Source: Octopus sinensis (taxonomy: Eukaryota). Taken from it: DNA of 64,000 bases. The first letter of the stretch is position 1, and each line of letters opens with the position of its first letter. The translations under genes and the position numbers were made by a program. This document shows, piece by piece, positions 10,661 through 23,799 of the stretch. The notes beneath the pieces are model-generated. The model did not search any database and was not told the origin of the DNA. It was given only the letters and a program-made list of their open reading frames with translations. The stretch covers positions 83,700,001 through 83,764,000 of the forward strand of contig NC_042997.1 of NCBI RefSeq assembly GCF_006345805.1. Reading direction: 5' to 3'.

Positions 10661-10999
10661 AAGAGTAAGGATAAAAAAAATCCCACTAATAATAAACTCT
10701 TCTACCCCATAAATTATTTGCAACTATGTAACTTAGGCCTCCTCTTACCACTGCTACTAATCATACCAAAAAAAAAATGAAAGGAATAAAACAAAAGCAA
10801 AACAAAAAGCAACTAATAAAAATGTTTTCGTATTTGTCACAAGGGCAACATTAATCCAAAACATTGTGACACAATACAAAACATTGTTGAATGTACATAA
10901 AAATATATAATAAAAATATTGCAATTTATGACACACATCCACAAACATACACATTAACATATCTCTCTCTCTATATATATGCAGACAATTCATATTCCT

Positions 11000-11022
11000 G
11001 TATATATCTATCTATCTATCTA

Positions 11023-11100
<78 letters not shown>

Positions 11101-11111
11101 ATATATATATA
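11000..11111. repeat. (TCTA)n(TA)n microsatellite
   Basis: Direct observation. Confidence 0.9.
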
Positions 11112-11589
11112 GTTAGATACATTGACATACACATATTTGTGCATTATATTTATACACAGACACATATACATAACTAGATATAATGACACACACATCTGTG
11201 CATTATATCTATATACAGATATATTAGTATATATAAATATACATATGAATGCACACACATTTGCATGAAAATATCTATGTACTATGTACACTGAGGAGAT
11301 GAATAATATATAAAACTTTGTGGGTGTTCCTTTTGTAGTTTCCTGAATACAGAATAGACATGTATACGGACAGTTCACACACACACACAAACACACACAC
11401 ACACACACAACGCAATCTGGCAGGATCTAATTTTGTTGGCATCTAAGAAGTAAATGGGAAAACTATACACAACCAATTTTCATTGTCATATCTGCAGAAC
11501 AGTCTTTTAATTTCTTAACAACCATCATTTTGATTGAGAATGACAAAGGGAATTATGAAAGAGTTTGCAAGTCATGTGCTGGGTTCCCA

Positions 11590-11858
11590 CTAGTAGGTGT
11601 AAGGGAAATCAGACACTATGATCTAGAGAGAAAAATTGAACTTCTATGGACATGTGATGTGTATAAAGAAGGATGGAAGCTGGATACAGAATTGTTGAAC
11701 CCTTCTAGTTGAAGGAACAAGTAGAAGAGAAGCCCCTAAGGGAGACATAAAAAGAGGTAGTGATGGATGATATGAGGAGGTTAAACTTCATGAGGGATAT
11801 GAAAAAGGGCCATAACTAGAGGCAAGGCATTGTGCTAGGCAAGACCAGTACAACCAAC
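11590..11858 (+). mobile_element. RTE LINE ORF C-terminal relic
   Basis: With a frameshift: GVREIRHYDLERK-LNFYGHVMCIKKDGSWIQNC*TLLVEGTSRR..EVVMDDMRRLN, matching the RTE RL.W.GHV.R..VEG.R.RGRP pattern. Confidence 0.7.
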
Positions 11859-11859
11859 A

Positions 11860-12260
11860 TTTCTTCTGGCTTTACATTCTGAGTTCAAATGCTGCCAAGT
11901 TTGACTTTACCTTTCATCCTTTTTGTGATTGATAAAATAAATACCTATTTCTTTATTACCCACAAGGGGCTAAACATAGAGGGGACAAACTTGGACAGAC
12001 ATAGGTATTAAGTCGATTATATCGACACCAGTGCTTAACTGGTACTTAATTTATCGACCCCGAAAGGATGAAAGGCAAAGTCGACCTCGGTGGAATTTGA
12101 ACTCAGAACGTAACGGCAGCCGAAATACCGCTAAGCATTTCGCCCGATGTGCTAACGATTCTGCTAGCTCGCCGCCTTGATAAAATAAATACCATTTGAG
12201 CACTGGGGCTGATGTAACTGACAAGCCCCTCCCACTAAAACTTCAGGCCTTGTGCCTATT
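11860..12260 (+). mobile_element. Older SINE family B copy interrupted by a younger antisense copy
   Basis: ttctgagttcaaatgctgccaag..ctttcatcc before the insert and gagcactggggctgatgtaactgac..tcaggccttgtgccta after it. Confidence 0.75.
11946..12178 (-). mobile_element. Young SINE family B variant with alternative tail and perfect TSD
   Basis: CpG-rich; reverse complement starts aaggcggcgagctagcagaatcgttagc; flanked by ttgataaaataaatacc at 11929-11945 and 12177-12193. Confidence 0.92.
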
Positions 12261-12835
12261 GTTTAGGCTGTTGTTTAGTCATATGTAAGCTCTGATCCTG
12301 CAGGTCTCTGATCAAAGATGTTCCTGTCTTGACCCTTCTATACATTTGTATATCTGTGACAACATTATCAATGAGTATTTTTTCCTTCCTCATTGTGAAA
12401 TGCAACCATAAAAAGATTTGGTTACGATATAAAATCATGACATCTAAGATTATAAAAATCTCTGTCATTTATTCTAATTTGACATAAAAGTTTATTTACT
12501 ATCTTACAATCACTGAATTTATTAGCTACACCAGCTCTTAATGATGTTAGAATCAGTTACTTTCATTAAAAACACCAACTGTGATTATCATACAAGTTAG
12601 AAGGTCAATTCTCTTCTGTAACAGCTATGAAGCAAAATACCAAGCCCCTTAGACTCAGCTGAAATGAGTGATATTGTTGGATACATTTTCTTCTTTCTTT
12701 CCTTTTTTTTTTCTTGTTTCATTCATTGCGCTGTAACTATGTTGGGTGCTACAAATTCATTAGAACCCTCCATTTTTTAAAATAAATGTAGATGTTCGTA
12801 ACTAAAATTGAATTCTTTTTGAAATAAACAAATGG

Positions 12836-13049
12836 TTTTAACATTATGCTTAATCCCTATCTGGCCCAAGCATCCTACCAGTTTTACGCTCAAACTAGTC
12901 AGATATGTTTTATGTTCAATCATATCCTACAATGTCATTCTAGAATAAACAATCACATCATCAAAATGAGATAATGCATGATTAGTTCAAAACAATGTAA
13001 ATAAATAACCTCTACACTTGACAGAGTAATCTGAATGTTAAAGGGTTAA
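12836..13049 (+). mobile_element. piggyBac-type MITE family G, left end decayed
   Basis: Body gagataatgcatgattagttcaaaacaatg shared with the 37414 and 41582 copies; ends aatgttaaagggTTAA. Confidence 0.7.
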
Positions 13050-13274
13050 ATAGAGCAACATTGAAATTAAATTTCCCATAATTTCTGTTACAAATGAATA
13101 TACCCGTTTTTAAAAATCAAAGATTCTATATCAGTAAGTTTTTTTTTTTAACCATTAGAAAATTTCATTCACTCAAACTCCCCACAGGCATTTTTGTTAA
13201 ACTAACATTCACATCATATTTGTTTTCACTTCAATTTCTTTCACCTCAAATTTATGATATAAAAGTATAACCAC

Positions 13275-13440
13275 ACAAGCATGGCTAAGTGGATATGAAG
13301 TGTGCTGTGTTACCATTTAGCATTGAGTTCTGTATGAACTGCACTGAAAAACCCTTGACAAGTGTCTTTTACAGTAGCCTCAGGCTGCCCAACACCCTGT
13401 GGGTGAAACAAACAACTGGAAACAGTATGGAAGCCTGTCA
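13275..13440 (+). mobile_element. SINE family A, old 5' part
   Basis: agcatggctaagtgg..ccttgacaagtgtcttttacagtagcctcaggctg. Confidence 0.55.
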
Positions 13441-13946
13441 CCAATCCTTACCCATTTCTAAGATGATATTGTAATATTTCTTTATGGCCAGGAATGTTTT
13501 CATGGAAGACTATCAATGAAGGATGCTTACATATTAATTCAATGAAAAGTTTGTCCAGTAATTGAACAATTTAAAACTCATCAACTTTCATGACTTTCTC
13601 TTCTGTCATTTCATTGACACCAATGAAATTAGTTTCAACTTTGAATTGGGAATAGATTGCAGACTTGATTTATCAAGAATTTACCATAATGCACTATGTG
13701 AAACACAAACTCCACACAAACACAAGCACATACACACCCACACAAACACAAACCAAATCAATATGCAGTTGATATGCTAGAAATCATAGCCAAATCTTTA
13801 TAAGGTCACATTCTACAATGAGAAAGGAAAAAAATATACATTGACAGTATTGTCACAGATATATAAATGGATGGAATGGTCAAGGCAAGAACATCTTTGA
13901 TCATAGACCTACAGGATTGGGACTAACATGTGGCAAAACAACAACA

Positions 13947-14165
13947 ATCCTTTTTACTATAGGCACAAAGCCTGATGTTTTGGGGGAAGGGGCTACTCAG
14001 TTACATTGACCCCAGTGCTCAACTGGCACTTATTTTATCAATCCTGAAAGGATGAAACGTAAAGTCAGTCTTGGCAGCATCTGAATTCAGAATGTAAAAC
14101 CAGAAGAAATGCTGCTAAGCATTTTGTTCACCATGGTAATGATTCTACCAGCTCACAGCCTTTCT
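13947..14165 (-). mobile_element. SINE family B
   Basis: atcctttttactataggcacaaagcctg..gaaaggatgaaacgtaaagtc..ctaagcattttg. Confidence 0.85.
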
Positions 14166-14637
14166 AAACAACAATGATAATACACACAGTTTTTGCACTG
14201 TTGAAACTTAAAACTGTGTGGTCAGTAATCAAGCACTTTAACCTCGTAGCCATCATAATACATTGTGTAGGCTGTAAATGTTGAAGTTAACAGAAAATGA
14301 TATCCATTTATATGTGTCTATCCATCAGTGTCTGTCTATCTGTCTGCTCTTTTCTATCATGTTAAATACATACGCACAAATTTATATATATAAAGAACTT
14401 GCAGCAATAACTAGTTTGGACTTATTTGTGTAGTTTACGTATTGTTTGTTGCTGTAACAATGAAACTGAGTCTGTTTAATCAGAGGCATTGTTCTAATTC
14501 TTTGAACCAAAGGAATTTAAGAGATATATTTAACTTCTGTGCAAAAGCCGAGAATATGAATATGTTCATTATTCTATGACGCATGTAATTTGAGTGTGCA
14601 ATGACCAGAACTTTAACTATCAGTGACATGGCTGATC

Positions 14638-14660
14638 ATATATATATATATATATTATAT

Positions 14661-14707
<47 letters not shown>
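14638..14707. repeat. (TA)n microsatellite
   Basis: Direct observation. Confidence 0.9.
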
Positions 14708-14710
<3 letters not shown>

Positions 14711-16599
14711 AACACGGTTATGCAGAAGATGTGTAAAGATAGGCAAGCATTTTTATAAACAACTAAACCACTCATGCATTACTGATAGACATTATAGTAG
14801 TGCAGTGAGTTGGCAGAAAGAGTAGCACAACAAACTAAATAAATGCTTTGTGGTATTTAACTTTGTGTCTGTATTCTAAGTTCAAATCCAGCTGAGGTTG
14901 GCTGTCTTATCTTCCTGAAAGATCAAGAAACAAATTATTGGCCATGTGCAAAGTTGATGTAAGCAATTATACCTCAGCCATCACCACCATCCCTACAATC
15001 AAGGCTGGAAAACTGTCAATGATAACCTCTGCTTCATCAACACTGACCTGAGCAGTGGCAGTGATAGCAGCAGCAGCAGCAGCAGCAATATCCTCAAGGT
15101 ATTGCTGTTGTTACTTTTAATAATGGTCAACACAAATTTACTAAGAGTACCTACTAAGAGCTAGGTGGACTTAATTATATTTAAGTGTCACAGCTATAGA
15201 AACAATGTAGTGCTGATGCAAAGGCATGATCCACTAACATCTCATCTGATTGTCTGATATTCTCTTGGTCAATCTGTGGTTGAAAATGTAATACCAGGCA
15301 TATACACAATTGTGGTCATGTACAAGTGTAAAAAACAATAATTTATTAACATTAGCATATTGTTCATCTCAGCATAAATTTTTGTTGTTGCATGTGCTGC
15401 ATTCCTAACAACAATATAAATTCTTCTTAGATCTTTCTAAGTAGGCAGGCCTTGTAGGAGAATAACTGCTGAAACAAAGACAAGCCATGCTAGCAATAGC
15501 AACCATACTTTGGCACATTTCTTTCTCTTATTTCATTTATTACAATGAACTGGTATATACAGACAGCAAAGCATGATTATAGACAACAAAATGTTTAAGC
15601 CCAAAAGAATGGTTTCCATAAGTCAGAGAGCAATTTTTACTGTATTTCTATTAAGTAACACCATACAGAGAGTAGGCTTTATCAGAAATGTAATGCCAGA
15701 TGGGGTGAAAAGGATGAGTAAGTAGGTAGATAAAGTGTTTTGCTCACAAACACAAGGAGCCACAAAACATAAATCATTTATTCACATTCTTCTCAGTTGC
15801 TTTTCCTGGCGCAAAGAAAGCCGATTCTTTAGTTGTGTATTTATGTATGAATACATGTGCATGTTTGTGCGTGTGCAAATGATTTATAAGCTGATATGGG
15901 GAGGTGAATTTACAACTAACAAACTGACTCTCTTATTAATCTCCTAACTATCTAGCTGGCTTGCAGCTCCAAATCCTTTGAGCCAGTAAAGTTAGTGAAA
16001 AGCTTTATGTGACAGACTGTTGCATGCAACAGTCACCTCACTCAACTAGACACAACTAAGCAAATGACCTAGAAGGAGATTAGCCACCAACTACATACAA
16101 TATCTAATTCTTTTCTCAAACATAAATACTCATATTGCTACAACAATCAACTCTACAGCACCAGCCAGATGAGAACTAACTTTTCCTTGGGATAGCATGC
16201 TAGACTACTACAGAGTAATAACATTTTTAGAAAGAAAATCTGAAGTCGGTGTGGAAGCCAACAAGCCACAGCACAAAATGTATTTATAATAATGATCTAT
16301 ACTTTCCAGGGTAGGTATGTGGGCTTTGCTATTGTGAGTTAAAGAAATTGGGCATTAACATTATGCAATGACATTGATTGAACACAAACTGTTCAGTATT
16401 CAGCTGCTGGGCTGATATTATATTCATTCAGATATCTAGTTCCTTATTTCTCAACATAAATCATACAGACCAGCACCAAACTTCCCAATAATGATAATGA
16501 TGTAGACAGTGATGATGATGATGTTGGAAATAAAGATTTCGTGTATTGGCATTGATTACAAATACAGTTGAAATGCAGTGAGTCAACCAGCTTTACATA

Positions 16600-18553
16600 A
16601 CTGATATTCATTTCATTGACTCTGGAAGGATTTAAATTCAGATAACAACAACAACAATAATAATAATAGTAAATCTTTCTACAATAGACAGCATGTGGCC
16701 AGAAACTTGGGTGGGGGCAAGAAGGAGTAGTTAATTACATCTATGGTACTTTATTTTAGCAATCCTAAAAGGATAAAAGGCAAAGTCAACCTCAATGGAG
16801 GAGGATGAGAAAAAAGGAAAAGAAGAACAACAGTAATCCTTTCTACTATATCCCTCCCCTAAATCTGAGGCCTTAAACCTCAGATTTAGGGGAGGGGTGT
16901 AGCTAGTTATATCAACTCCAGTACTTGACTTGAACATTATTTTATCAACCCTTGAAGGATGGTGGAAGATTGGAACTTAGAATGTAAAGGATCTTACTAC
17001 TACTACTACTACTACTACTACTGATAATAATGAACATAAATCTTTTCTACTATAGGAACAAGGCCTGAAATTTGGTGGGAGGGAGCTAGTCGAACTGGTA
17101 CTTATTTCATTGACCTCAAAATGATGGAAAGCAAAGTTGACCTCAATGGAATTTGAACTCAGAACACAAAGACAAATGGAATGCTGCAAATGAACATATG
17201 TATACAGACATATATACATATATTCAAATACTGCTAAGCATTGTGCCTGGTGCAATAATGATTCTGCTAGTTTGCCATCTTTAATAATGATGATGATGAT
17301 GATAATAATAGGCAGTTGCTCTCATGGCTTCTGATCTTAACTGATTGGAAGTATTATCATGTACGTTGTTTTGTCTTGGTATAAAAGATGGGCTACAGCA
17401 AATATTCTGCTCAATACCACAGATTTGCTTGTCAGTTGTTTGACTTTAACCAGTTGAGTATGTCCCTTAGTGGCTGATGATACGTGCATCTCTGATCATA
17501 AGCAGAAGTAGTGGGGGAGCATCATAGCCATGTGTTGAGAGGAATTCTTTGGGACTTGAATAATTCACCTCTGGAAACATGAGTGTTTTGTTCATCATCC
17601 TTAAACAAACCTTATTCAGGATCTTTTGAGCAGGATGGGCTACTTGACCTGAAGAAAATTCTAACTGGGCTTCACCTGCAAGGTCATGCACTGTTTATTT
17701 TGATACGAGATCACCATGTTGTACACATATGCTTGTGATACATGTGCCTGGAGTACCCTTATCAACAGGTAATCATGATGAGAATACTGGGCTTCGTATT
17801 TGTAGCCCAGCGTCACTCTGATGGCATGCACTGCTCTCTCAATCAATAATAATAATAACAATAATAATCCTTTCTACTGTAGGCAGAGGGACTGAAATTT
17901 TTGAGGAGGAAGCTACTTGATTACATTGACCCAAGTGCTCAACTGGTACTTTTATCAATGAAAGGCTGAAAGGCAAAATCAACATTGACAGAATTTGAAC
18001 ATAGAATGTAAAGTTGAAAGAAATGATACTAAGTGACTTGTCTGGTGCAGTAACATTTCTGTCAGCTCACCATCTTACCCAATAACAACAACAGTAATAA
18101 TAATAATAATGGTTTCAAATTTTGGCAAAAGGCCGGCAAGTTCAGGGGATGGAGTAAGTCAATTACATTTACCCCAGTGCTCAAATAGTACTTATTTTAT
18201 CGACTCAGAAAGGATGAAAGGCAAAGTCAACCACTGAAGAATTTGAACTTAGAACAAAGACAGATGAAATACTGCTAAGCATTTTGCCTGGCATGCTAAT
18301 GATTCTGTCAACTTGCCACCTTAACAATAGTAATGATAATCCTTTCTACTAAAGGCGCAAGACCTGAAATTTTTTGGAGAGGAAACTAGTTGATGACATT
18401 GACCCCAATGTTCACTAGTACTTAATTTAACACCGCCGAAAGGATAAATGGCAAAGTCAACCTTGGCGGAATTTGAACTCAGAACATAAAGACAGATGAA
18501 ATAATGCTAAGCATTTTGCTTTGTGTGCTAACAATTCTGCCAGCTTGCCACCT
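16600..18553 (-). mobile_element. Cluster of at least 6 co-oriented SINE family B copies with AAT/ACT spacers
   Basis: Units at ~16670-16800, 16833-16990, 17040-17282, 17864-18075, 18110-18322 and 18337-18553. Confidence 0.85.
17311..17845. mobile_element. Unclassified ~535-bp repeat family I flanked by (AAT)n
   Basis: Closely homologous to 33325-33715 (ggcagttgctctcatgg..ctgcaaggtcatg); AAT runs on both sides. Confidence 0.75.
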
Positions 18554-19169
18554 TAACAATAATAATAATAATTCCTTACATGGACTGACTTCATAACCAA
18601 TAGCACCAACAGCAGCAATGACAACAACAATCATCAAACCCCACAATAACAGCAACAACAAGAAAGAAAAGCAAAACTCTTATTTATTTATATGATTTTG
18701 CCAGAAAGGAATGGCAGTTGTGTGAGTTAATCCATAACATTTTGCTCCATGCCATTAATTTGATATTGCTGATATGACTGGCTTGAATGGTTAGGAACTG
18801 TGAGCCAGCTGGAACATTTGGGGATTAATGGGAGGATAAGTTCGATAGCTGTGTTCCCCACCACCTCTATCAGCCAATAAATCATAAGTACGTACATACA
18901 TATGACACCATGTACACACACACACACACACATACACACATGCATACACACATGCATGTATACACTTATGCACACATGTATATATTTATGGAGCACATAC
19001 ATGTGACAATACAACACAATTGCATTCCATTACCTTAATAACATCATCAGCTCAAGAGGTAGAAATAAATAAATAAAATAGCAAACTAAAAAATAAAAAT
19101 AAACCACACATACATTTGTAAAAATGAAATATATCTATATTCGCTGAAATATACACACACACATGAATG

Positions 19170-19217
19170 CGTGTGTATGTATATGTAAGTTTGTATATAT
19201 ATATGTGTGTGTGCGTT

Positions 19218-19257
<40 letters not shown>

Positions 19258-19620
19258 CACACCTGTATTTATACATGTGTAAATGTATATATATATACAC
19301 ACAGGTATATATGAATATATGTATATATGCAAGTATACATATATTCATTATAGATATGTATATACATATATATACATGTCAACTGCCCACATTAATTTCA
19401 TACTATATATATATATATTATATATATATATATATACACATGCATACAGTTATGCATATATATTCATATACATACATATATACATATATATATATACACA
19501 TGCATACAGTTATGCATATATATTCATATACATACATATATACATATATATATAAATATACAAGCATATATATACACATATATGTATACATACATTTATG
19601 TATGTGTATGTATACAAACA
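19170..19620. repeat. TA/CA-rich low-complexity tract with an exact 60-bp tandem duplication (19431-19550)
   Basis: tatatacacatgcatacagttatgcatatatattcatatacatacatatatacatatata occurs twice. Confidence 0.9.
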
Positions 19621-20378
19621 CATGGAAACGCAGGGACATATACCACAGATGCATACACACAGGCAAACACAACACAAACAAGCATATAGAAATATTAAAA
19701 AAAAAAATCCCCCACAAAACAGATGTATATAGATATTTATATTTTCTGTTCCGAATAATACAGCTACGAACCCAATTACAGTTCCATCAATAGAGAAAAG
19801 AGGAGAGAAAAAAAAAAGAAATAGCAAAAAAATTACTAAAGCAAACAGACCAACAAAATTCTAACCACCCGTACAACATGATAACCAACAACAATAAAAG
19901 CATGCCAGAATCTTTCTTAATTCTAAATGCTGGTCACAAAAGAAAATATAAAAGGAGGAGGGCCTTGCAACTGATTAATCGACTCAGTCATGATCAATGT
20001 CACAAATATTTATTTTCAAGATTTCCCGCCCAAATAATGTGAAAAACCTGCGTTGTATAAGCAATAAGAAAAGATATACAGTGATATTACATACAAGCTA
20101 GATATGAGGGACATTATGGTATTGGACTCTCAGTTATGAAAGAATTATGTGCATATGAGCATATGAATAGATATATCTATCTATATATATATATATATAT
20201 ATATACATATATATATAATATATATAAGTACACACATGTGCATATATAAATGCACATATGCACACACACACACAAGTACATAATCCAATTATGTATGTGC
20301 ATACATATATATGCACACACATACATACAAATATATATGTATATACATACACACACAATTCAGTCATGTATGTGTTTG

Positions 20379-20410
<32 letters not shown>

Positions 20411-20469
20411 ATATATATGGAAAACGGACGCTAAACGATGATGATGATGATGTATGTATGTATATATAG

Positions 20470-20680
20470 CATCATCATCATAATTTAACATCAGCTTTCC
20501 ATGCTGGCATGGGTTAGATGGTTTGACTGGAACTGGTAAGCCAGAGAGCTGCACCAGGTTCCAATCTGATATGGTAATGTTTCTACAGCTGGATGCACTT
20601 CCTAATGCCTACCCCTCCAAGAGTGTTATGAGTACGTCTTGGGTGCCATTTGCATGACACCAGTAACAACCACAACATAC
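20470..20680 (-). mobile_element. Family E RTE-type 3' end
   Basis: catcatcatc..tttccatgctggcatgggttagatggtttgac..ctacagctggatgc. Confidence 0.8.
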
Positions 20681-20782
20681 ACATAATTCAGTTTTGTATA
20701 TTTGTATGCATGTGTGTATATATATAAATATATTTAAATATACACATATGCACATGTGCACACATACATACATATATATATA

Positions 20783-21332
20783 TATTGGGCCATTTCATAA
20801 ATAGTGCAGTTTTTTATACTTTTTTATTTTTCAAAATTGAGGTAAACAAAGTCCTTTCTTAATCTAAAATATACTCTCTTGCATTTTCTACAATGCTTTT
20901 CTATCTATTTGGTAGACTTGCAAGGCCCCTCTTCCAAAATTCACTTGTCTGTGATGAAATGTACTCCTCCACCACCCCTCTGATCTCGTCTACAGTGTTT
21001 TAAATTTTTCTGTCCAAATGATTTTGAAGACTGCAAAATAAATGATAATCAGATGGAGCAATGTCTGGTGAATATAGTGGGAGGTGTATCGTTTCCCATT
21101 CAAACTGCTCCAGCTTTTGGAATGTCATCCTCACTGTATGTGGCTGAGCATTAGACTTGGAAAGTTTGTGAGGAACCCATTGACTCAATTTGCTGACTTT
21201 TCCAATGGCATGCAGGTGTCAAGGAATGGTTGAATGACCAAATCCAATCTTCTCTGGTAGTTCCTTGACACTTACGATGAGATTTTGTTCCACCTGGGTT
21301 TGCAGGATGGCCTTGTTGATTGAGCTCTACAT
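20783..21332 (-). pseudogene. Internally deleted mariner transposon with right TIR
   Basis: WVPHKLS and FQKLEQFEWETIHLPLYSPDIAPSDYHLFCSLQNHL (mariner WVPHEL and YSPDLAPSD motifs); starts tattgggccatttcataaatag next to (TA)n; same family as 54620-55790. Confidence 0.9.
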
Positions 21333-21700
21333 GTAGAAACCATGCCAAATCAGACTGGAGTCTGGTGCAGCTCCCTATTTTACCAGCACTGGTCAAACCA
21401 TCCAACCCATGCCAGCATGAACAACAGATGTTAAATGATGATGATATATCATCAACATCATCATTTTACATGCTAGATTAGGGCAGATGGAATTTGTTGA
21501 GACAGACTTCTACGATTGGATCCTTTTTATGTCACCAACCATCACCTGTTTCAAAGCAAGGTAATAACTTCCTTATGGCCAAATATGTTTTCGCAAGAGA
21601 TTGGAAATGGAAAGCACCATTTGTGAGGGTGACACCAATTTGTAACACTTCTGCAATGCCAAGATACACACACATACACATGAAATGGGCTTTTTTGAGT
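21333..21700. mobile_element. Tail-to-tail RTE-type 3' ends (family E +, 21333-21445; related family F -, 21450-21700)
   Basis: ..catgccagcatgaacaacagatgttaaatgatgatg followed by catcatcattttacatgc..caccaaccatcacctgtttc; the same arrangement recurs at 50220-50600. Confidence 0.7.
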
Positions 21701-21868
21701 TGTCTAGTAAACCTTCTCATAACACTTTGATCAGTGGGAAGGTACAGTACATTTACCAAAATTGCTGTGCAGTGAGATTGAACCTGTAATTATGTTGCTG
21801 GGAAGCATCAGCTTAATCACAAACCCATGCATATATATATATATAATATATATATATATATACATATG

Positions 21869-21899
<31 letters not shown>

Positions 21900-22401
21900 G
21901 AATATATGTAATATATATGCATGTATATTTGTATGTGTGTGTGTGAATATATATATATATATATATATGTATATGTATGCATATACAAGGAAATAAATTT
22001 TTACCATAAATATCGTTTCTTTACCATCATTATCTTACTGTTGAACATTGTACATAAAAACAAAAAAAATATAATAAAAACTAGACCGTGGTCATAAATA
22101 TAATAGCAGTGGTAATAATAGAAATGATGACGATGATGATGACGATGGTGATGGTGGTGATGACGACGACACAAAATCGCATCGATAAAGGTATTTTGAT
22201 GAAGTTAGTTAGACCTTACTGCAAGCTGCTGCTATGAATACAGAATTGAGCATAATGGAGATAAAACAGCAAAGCTTTAAAGTTTTGTTTATCTGTTTAT
22301 TCATTTCCGATACATTCCTTCTGCAATTTATTTACATAGTTTACACATGCAGTAAATAAATGAATAAACATAAATATAAATATGAATAATATGTATATAT
22401 G

Positions 22402-22473
<72 letters not shown>

Positions 22474-22723
22474 CACATATACAGATATATACACACATAT
22501 ATGTACACATATGTGTATTCACATATATACATATACCCACTTATACATGCATATACACATACATATACACATATCTACACATACTCACACACAAACATAT
22601 ATATACATTCACATACACACACACACACATATGTAACTAATTGGACTTTGGGTATACATCTATCAGTATGTCAATTAAAGCACATTCACTGTTTGGGCTA
22701 CCCTGATGTCATCCACATCCACA

Positions 22724-23045
22724 GTGTCTCTTCTACTATAGACCCATCCCAACCAAAGCCTTGCAAGAGAATTTGGGAGACGGAAACTAAAGGAAGCCCA
22801 TTGTTTAAATGTGTGTGCATATGTGTGTGTGTGTGTGTGCACATGTGTATGTGTGTGTGCACACATGTATTTGGCAACTGGTGTTGGTTTGTTTATATCC
22901 CTGTAGTTTAGTGCTTTGGCAAAAGAGACTGATAGAATATGTACTAAATTTAAATAAAATAAGTGCTGGTCTTCATCTGTTCGACTAAACCCTTCAAGGC
23001 AGTGCCCAAGGATGGTTGCAGTCCAATGACTGAAACAAGTAAAAC
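22724..23045 (+). mobile_element. SINE family A, 5'-truncated
   Basis: gtgtctcttctactatagaccc..gtccaatgactgaaacaagtaaaa. Confidence 0.85.
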
Positions 23046-23059
23046 ATAATAGATATATG

Positions 23060-23195
23060 TTTCTGAATTAGTGTTGCAAGATTCTTAATGTGAAACTGTG
23101 TGTTGAAACAGATAATGTTATGTTTTGGGACGGTCATTTATTATTTTTTCTTTTTGCCAAATAAACACATGCACTATATATTTGTTCTTCACTCA
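23060..23195 (+). mobile_element. Family J repeat (putative Penelope pLTR fragment)
   Basis: ttgcaagattcttaatgtgaaactgtgtgttgaaacagata..catgcactatatatttgttcttcac matches the reverse complement of 26018-26125 and is related to 34513-34560. The pLTR assignment is inference. Confidence 0.6.
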
Positions 23196-23799
23196 TTTAT
23201 TATTGTTCTTATTTTATGTTCATTGCCTGAAATCTTTCATCACACATGTGACCCCTTCAGTGACCCTTTCCATCCACATGTATCCTTCTGTGTCACAGGG
23301 TCTTAAGAGCAATGGGTAAAATACTTTAAGTTATTTAGTCACAATTTTTTATGATTCCGAGTTCAAATCCAATGAAGGATGATTTTGTACCTGTTAAGTA
23401 CTGAAATCAATTTAATTAACTGTCCTCCATCCACAAAAAAAAAAAAAAAAAATCTAGACCTTGTGTCTATGTTAGTAATCATTATTTTCACTCTGAGATT
23501 ACTGATTATATATATATAGCAATTAATGTTGTTACATGTTATTTATAATTCATTTCATATGATTTGCAAATCAGTCCTGTTTTGTGAAGCCAGACAATGT
23601 ACCACATGTCTGCCTTGCATAATCATACATTAGAATTAATGGCAAACACATGGTTTCATAGAATAATATTATTAATATTAAAACCTGATAATCACTGTAA
23701 ACCAGTGAACCACTAATTAGCCCACTGGATGTCTCTGTAAGCTCACCATCTAATAAGATAATTGTTTATGCATGCATGCACAGAATATCTTTTATTGTT

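Noticed and set aside
11040-11070. Recurrent single phase slips (tatattatata) in the middle of many (TA)n tracts
   Set aside because: Most simply slippage or sequencing/consensus error.
11288-11330. CTGAGGA followed by a short stem and taaaac
   Set aside because: GAAA core absent; too degenerate to call a hammerhead.
16300-16320. tactttccag-GGTAG-gtatgt as a possible 5-nt microexon
   Set aside because: Short pyrimidine tract, frame-shifting length and no supporting gene context.
17474-17500. CTGATGA within family I
   Set aside because: No GAAA partner, and the second copy reads ctgacaa.
16600-18553. Repeat-spacer-like periodicity suggestive of a CRISPR array
   Set aside because: Units are ~200-bp diverged SINEs separated by microsatellites; eukaryotic context and no cas genes.
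19052-19827. Overlapping YI/HT-rich ORFs up to 208 aa
   Set aside because: Low-complexity dinucleotide repeats.
22124-22270. Asp-rich GAT/GAC run resembling an acidic exon
   Set aside because: Trinucleotide microsatellite with no convincing splice sites or sustained ORF.
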